From assembly GCA_050248615.1 (NCBI GenBank), contig JBFWSA010000009.1, positions 1 to 61,196 on the forward strand: a stretch of DNA of 61,196 nucleotides, in the 5' to 3' direction. The notes below the pieces were generated by a model that saw only the letters and a program-made list of their open reading frames with translations, was not told the DNA's origin and searched no databases. The translations under genes were made by a program, and so were the position numbers. This document shows positions 58,979 to 61,196 of this stretch, one piece after another (position 1 is the stretch's first letter; every line of letters starts with the position of its first letter). Origin of the DNA: Simkaniaceae bacterium (GTDB lineage: Bacteria; Chlamydiota; Chlamydiia; Chlamydiales; Simkaniaceae).

Positions 58979-60793
58979 ATGGCTAAAACACGCAAAGAAG
59001 TTCAAAAAAATGACCGGTGGAATGTCGAGAGCTTTTTCCCTAACCTAGAATCCTGGGAAGCCGCTTTTCAAGCCCTTACCCAAAACAAGAAAGAGTTGTT
59101 ACGGTGGCCCGAATTGGCTGCTTATCAAGGAAAATTAGGGGAGGGTCCAGAAAAACACCATGAACTTCTCAAAAAATCCTTTAACATAGAACGGGAGTTG
59201 ATTAGGCTTTATACCTATGCCCATCTCCGACATGACGAAGATGTCACCTATGAACCCCATAAAAACATCTACGATCGCATCTCTCTATTGTATTATGACT
59301 TTCAAAACGAAACCTCTTGGATACAACCTGAAATTCTCCAGCTTCCCGAGAAAACGTTAAAAGCGTATCTCAAAAGCGAAGTTTTAAAGGACCACCACAT
59401 TTTCTTACAGAAAATTTCCGCTTTAAAGCCCTATACCCTTACAGCTGATAAAGAGCATTTGATCACATTAGCGGGGAAGGCATTGCAAACCCCTGAGAAA
59501 GCATTTGGAGTCTTTAATAATGCAGACTTGAAATTTGGAACGATCGCCGATGAGCAGGGGGGGACGAAAGAGTTGACACATGGAACCTATAGTCTCTATC
59601 TCCAATCTAAAGATCGTACCCTTAGAAAAAACGCAGCCTTGAAATTGCATGAAAAATATGGACAATTTGAAAACACCGTCTCAGAGTTGATCAATGGTCA
59701 AGTTCAAAGGCATGTATTTGAAGCTAAGGCTCGTAACTATCCCTCTTGTTTGGACGCTGCCCTCATTCCTCATCAGATTCCTACGCAAGTTTATCATAAT
59801 TTAGTACAAACGGTGCGCGAAAATATTTCCGTTTTACATCGGTATGTCAGTTTGCGTAAAAAACTTCTCGGTGTGGAGCAGCTCCATTTTCATGACCTCT
59901 ATGTCTCTCTAGTTCCCGACTATGAAAGACACTATACGTTTCCTGAAGCTGAAAAACTCGTGCTGGAAGCTCTTACCCCCTTGGGAGAAGCGTATTGTCA
60001 GACCCTTCAGAGGGGTTTTGAGAAAGATCGCTGGGTCGATCGTTTTGAAAATGCCCAAAAACGCTCGGGGGCCTACTCGAGTGGATGTTATGATAGCTTT
60101 CCCTATATACTCATGAATTTTCAAGGGACCTTAAGAGATGTCATGACCCTAGCTCATGAAGCCGGGCATAGCATGCACTCGTATTATAGCAATCAAAACC
60201 AACCCTATCAGTACTCTCACTATCCCATTTTTGTAGCGGAAGTGGCTTCGACATTTAACGAGGAACTCGTTTTCCGCAAGCTTCTCGAAAAAGCAAAAAG
60301 TAAAGAAGAGCGCTGCTATCTTTTAAATCAAAAAATCGATGATATCCGCTCTACCCTCTTTAGACAAACACAGTTTGCAGAATTTGAACTCACGTTGCAT
60401 ACCCTCGCTGAAAAAGGGATCCCTTTAACAGCCACCTCTCTTAAGGCTGCTTACCGAAAACTCAATCAGGATTACTATGGCCCCGATCTTTTCATTGACC
60501 CAGAAATTGATGTAGAATTTTTACGCATCCCTCACTTTTATTACAATTTTTATGTCTATCAGTATGCGACGGGAATTAGTGCAGCGTTCGCTCTTGTTGA
60601 GAGAATGATGCAAGAGGGAGAAGCGGCAAAAAAAGATTACCTTCAATTTTTATCCTCGGGATCTTCCCGTTATCCTGTCGATCTCTTAGAGAGAGCTGGG
60701 GTCAATATGCGAGAAAATAGACCGATAAAAAGTCTAATCGACCATTTTTCCTCACTCGTAGATCGCTTGGAAAAAGAATTTTCCTCTTGCTGA
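58979..60793 (+). CDS. pepF: Oligoendopeptidase F (M3B)
   Basis: KRSGAYSSG, TLAHEAGHSMH, AEVAS and PHFYYNFYVYQYATG motifs. Confidence 0.95.
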   Translation: MAKTRKEVQKNDRWNVESFFPNLESWEAAFQALTQNKKELLRWPELAAYQGKLGEGPEKHHELLKKSFNIERELIRLYTYAHLRHDEDVTYEPHKNIYDRISLLYYDFQNETSWIQPEILQLPEKTLKAYLKSEVLKDHHIFLQKISALKPYTLTADKEHLITLAGKALQTPEKAFGVFNNADLKFGTIADEQGGTKELTHGTYSLYLQSKDRTLRKNAALKLHEKYGQFENTVSELINGQVQRHVFEAKARNYPSCLDAALIPHQIPTQVYHNLVQTVRENISVLHRYVSLRKKLLGVEQLHFHDLYVSLVPDYERHYTFPEAEKLVLEALTPLGEAYCQTLQRGFEKDRWVDRFENAQKRSGAYSSGCYDSFPYILMNFQGTLRDVMTLAHEAGHSMHSYYSNQNQPYQYSHYPIFVAEVASTFNEELVFRKLLEKAKSKEERCYLLNQKIDDIRSTLFRQTQFAEFELTLHTLAEKGIPLTATSLKAAYRKLNQDYYGPDLFIDPEIDVEFLRIPHFYYNFYVYQYATGISAAFALVERMMQEGEAAKKDYLQFLSSGSSRYPVDLLERAGVNMRENRPIKSLIDHFSSLVDRLEKEFSSC

Positions 60794-60849
60794 AAAAATA
60801 GCATCAAGGTATCTCAGAGCTAGGCAAGTAATAATAAAGCAGAATTCCT

Positions 60850-61134
60850 ATGCATTCTAAAGAGAAAATAAAAAAATCCTTTGTCATTTTAAATGATAAG
60901 GGACTCCATACGCGCCCTGCAACAGAGCTTGTTAAGTGCGCGCAGATCTATAAATCTCAGATTTTTTTGGTCTATCAAGGACTCAATGTCAATGCAAAAT
61001 CCCTGCTTGGAATTTTGATGCTTGCTGCATCACGCGGCGCTAAGATTGATATCGAAGCCGAGGGGAACGATGCGGAAGATGCTGTGAATGCTATCATCAC
61101 TCTCGCTAAAAACAAATTTAACATTCAGTATTAA
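60850..61134 (+). CDS. ptsH: Phosphocarrier protein HPr
   Basis: GLHTRPA and NAKSLLGILML motifs. Confidence 0.93.
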   Translation: MHSKEKIKKSFVILNDKGLHTRPATELVKCAQIYKSQIFLVYQGLNVNAKSLLGILMLAASRGAKIDIEAEGNDAEDAVNAIITLAKNKFNIQY

Positions 61135-61196
61135 ACGCGAATTCTGGATTAACTCTCTATGAAAACCTTCATCTTTTTGTGATCTTTTCAGGAAAA

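Overview
This 61 kb window comes from a member of the Chlamydiota, most likely an environmental lineage. That is inferred from the gene order lptG-lptF-tilS-ftsH-pnp-rpsO-tadA, rpmE2-prfA-prmC-ffh-rpsP-trmD-rplS-rnhB-yicC-gmk-omega-metG-recD2 and groEL-groES-pepF-ptsH. Accessory DNA interrupts this core backbone in several places. (1) An ~8.6 kb degraded integrative element sits at tRNA-Asn (about 32022-40609). It carries serine-recombinase and primase remnants plus three intact cargo genes: a 1384-aa protein with 8 tandem Trp-rich repeats, an SF2 helicase and an RRP8/nucleomethylin-like methyltransferase; a DUF5677/HEPN-like protein; and a convergent protein with six zinc-ribbon repeats around a Vsr/DUF559-like nuclease. 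This trio is the best candidate for an undescribed, probably anti-phage or conflict, system. (2) An islet after ftsH is bounded by a degenerate, internally deleted copy of the ftsH 3' end and contains an IS110 remnant. (3) An intact IS5 (IS903-group) element retains a 9-bp target duplication. (4) At least four families of 120-170 bp palindromic MITE-like elements occur, with collapsed derivatives that act as terminators or supply stop codons. (5) An unlisted 35-aa highly basic ORF has its own promoter and RBS. (6) A wHTH plus nucleotidyltransferase TA-like pair is frameshifted in a T6 tract. All family assignments come from motif recognition by eye, with no database search.
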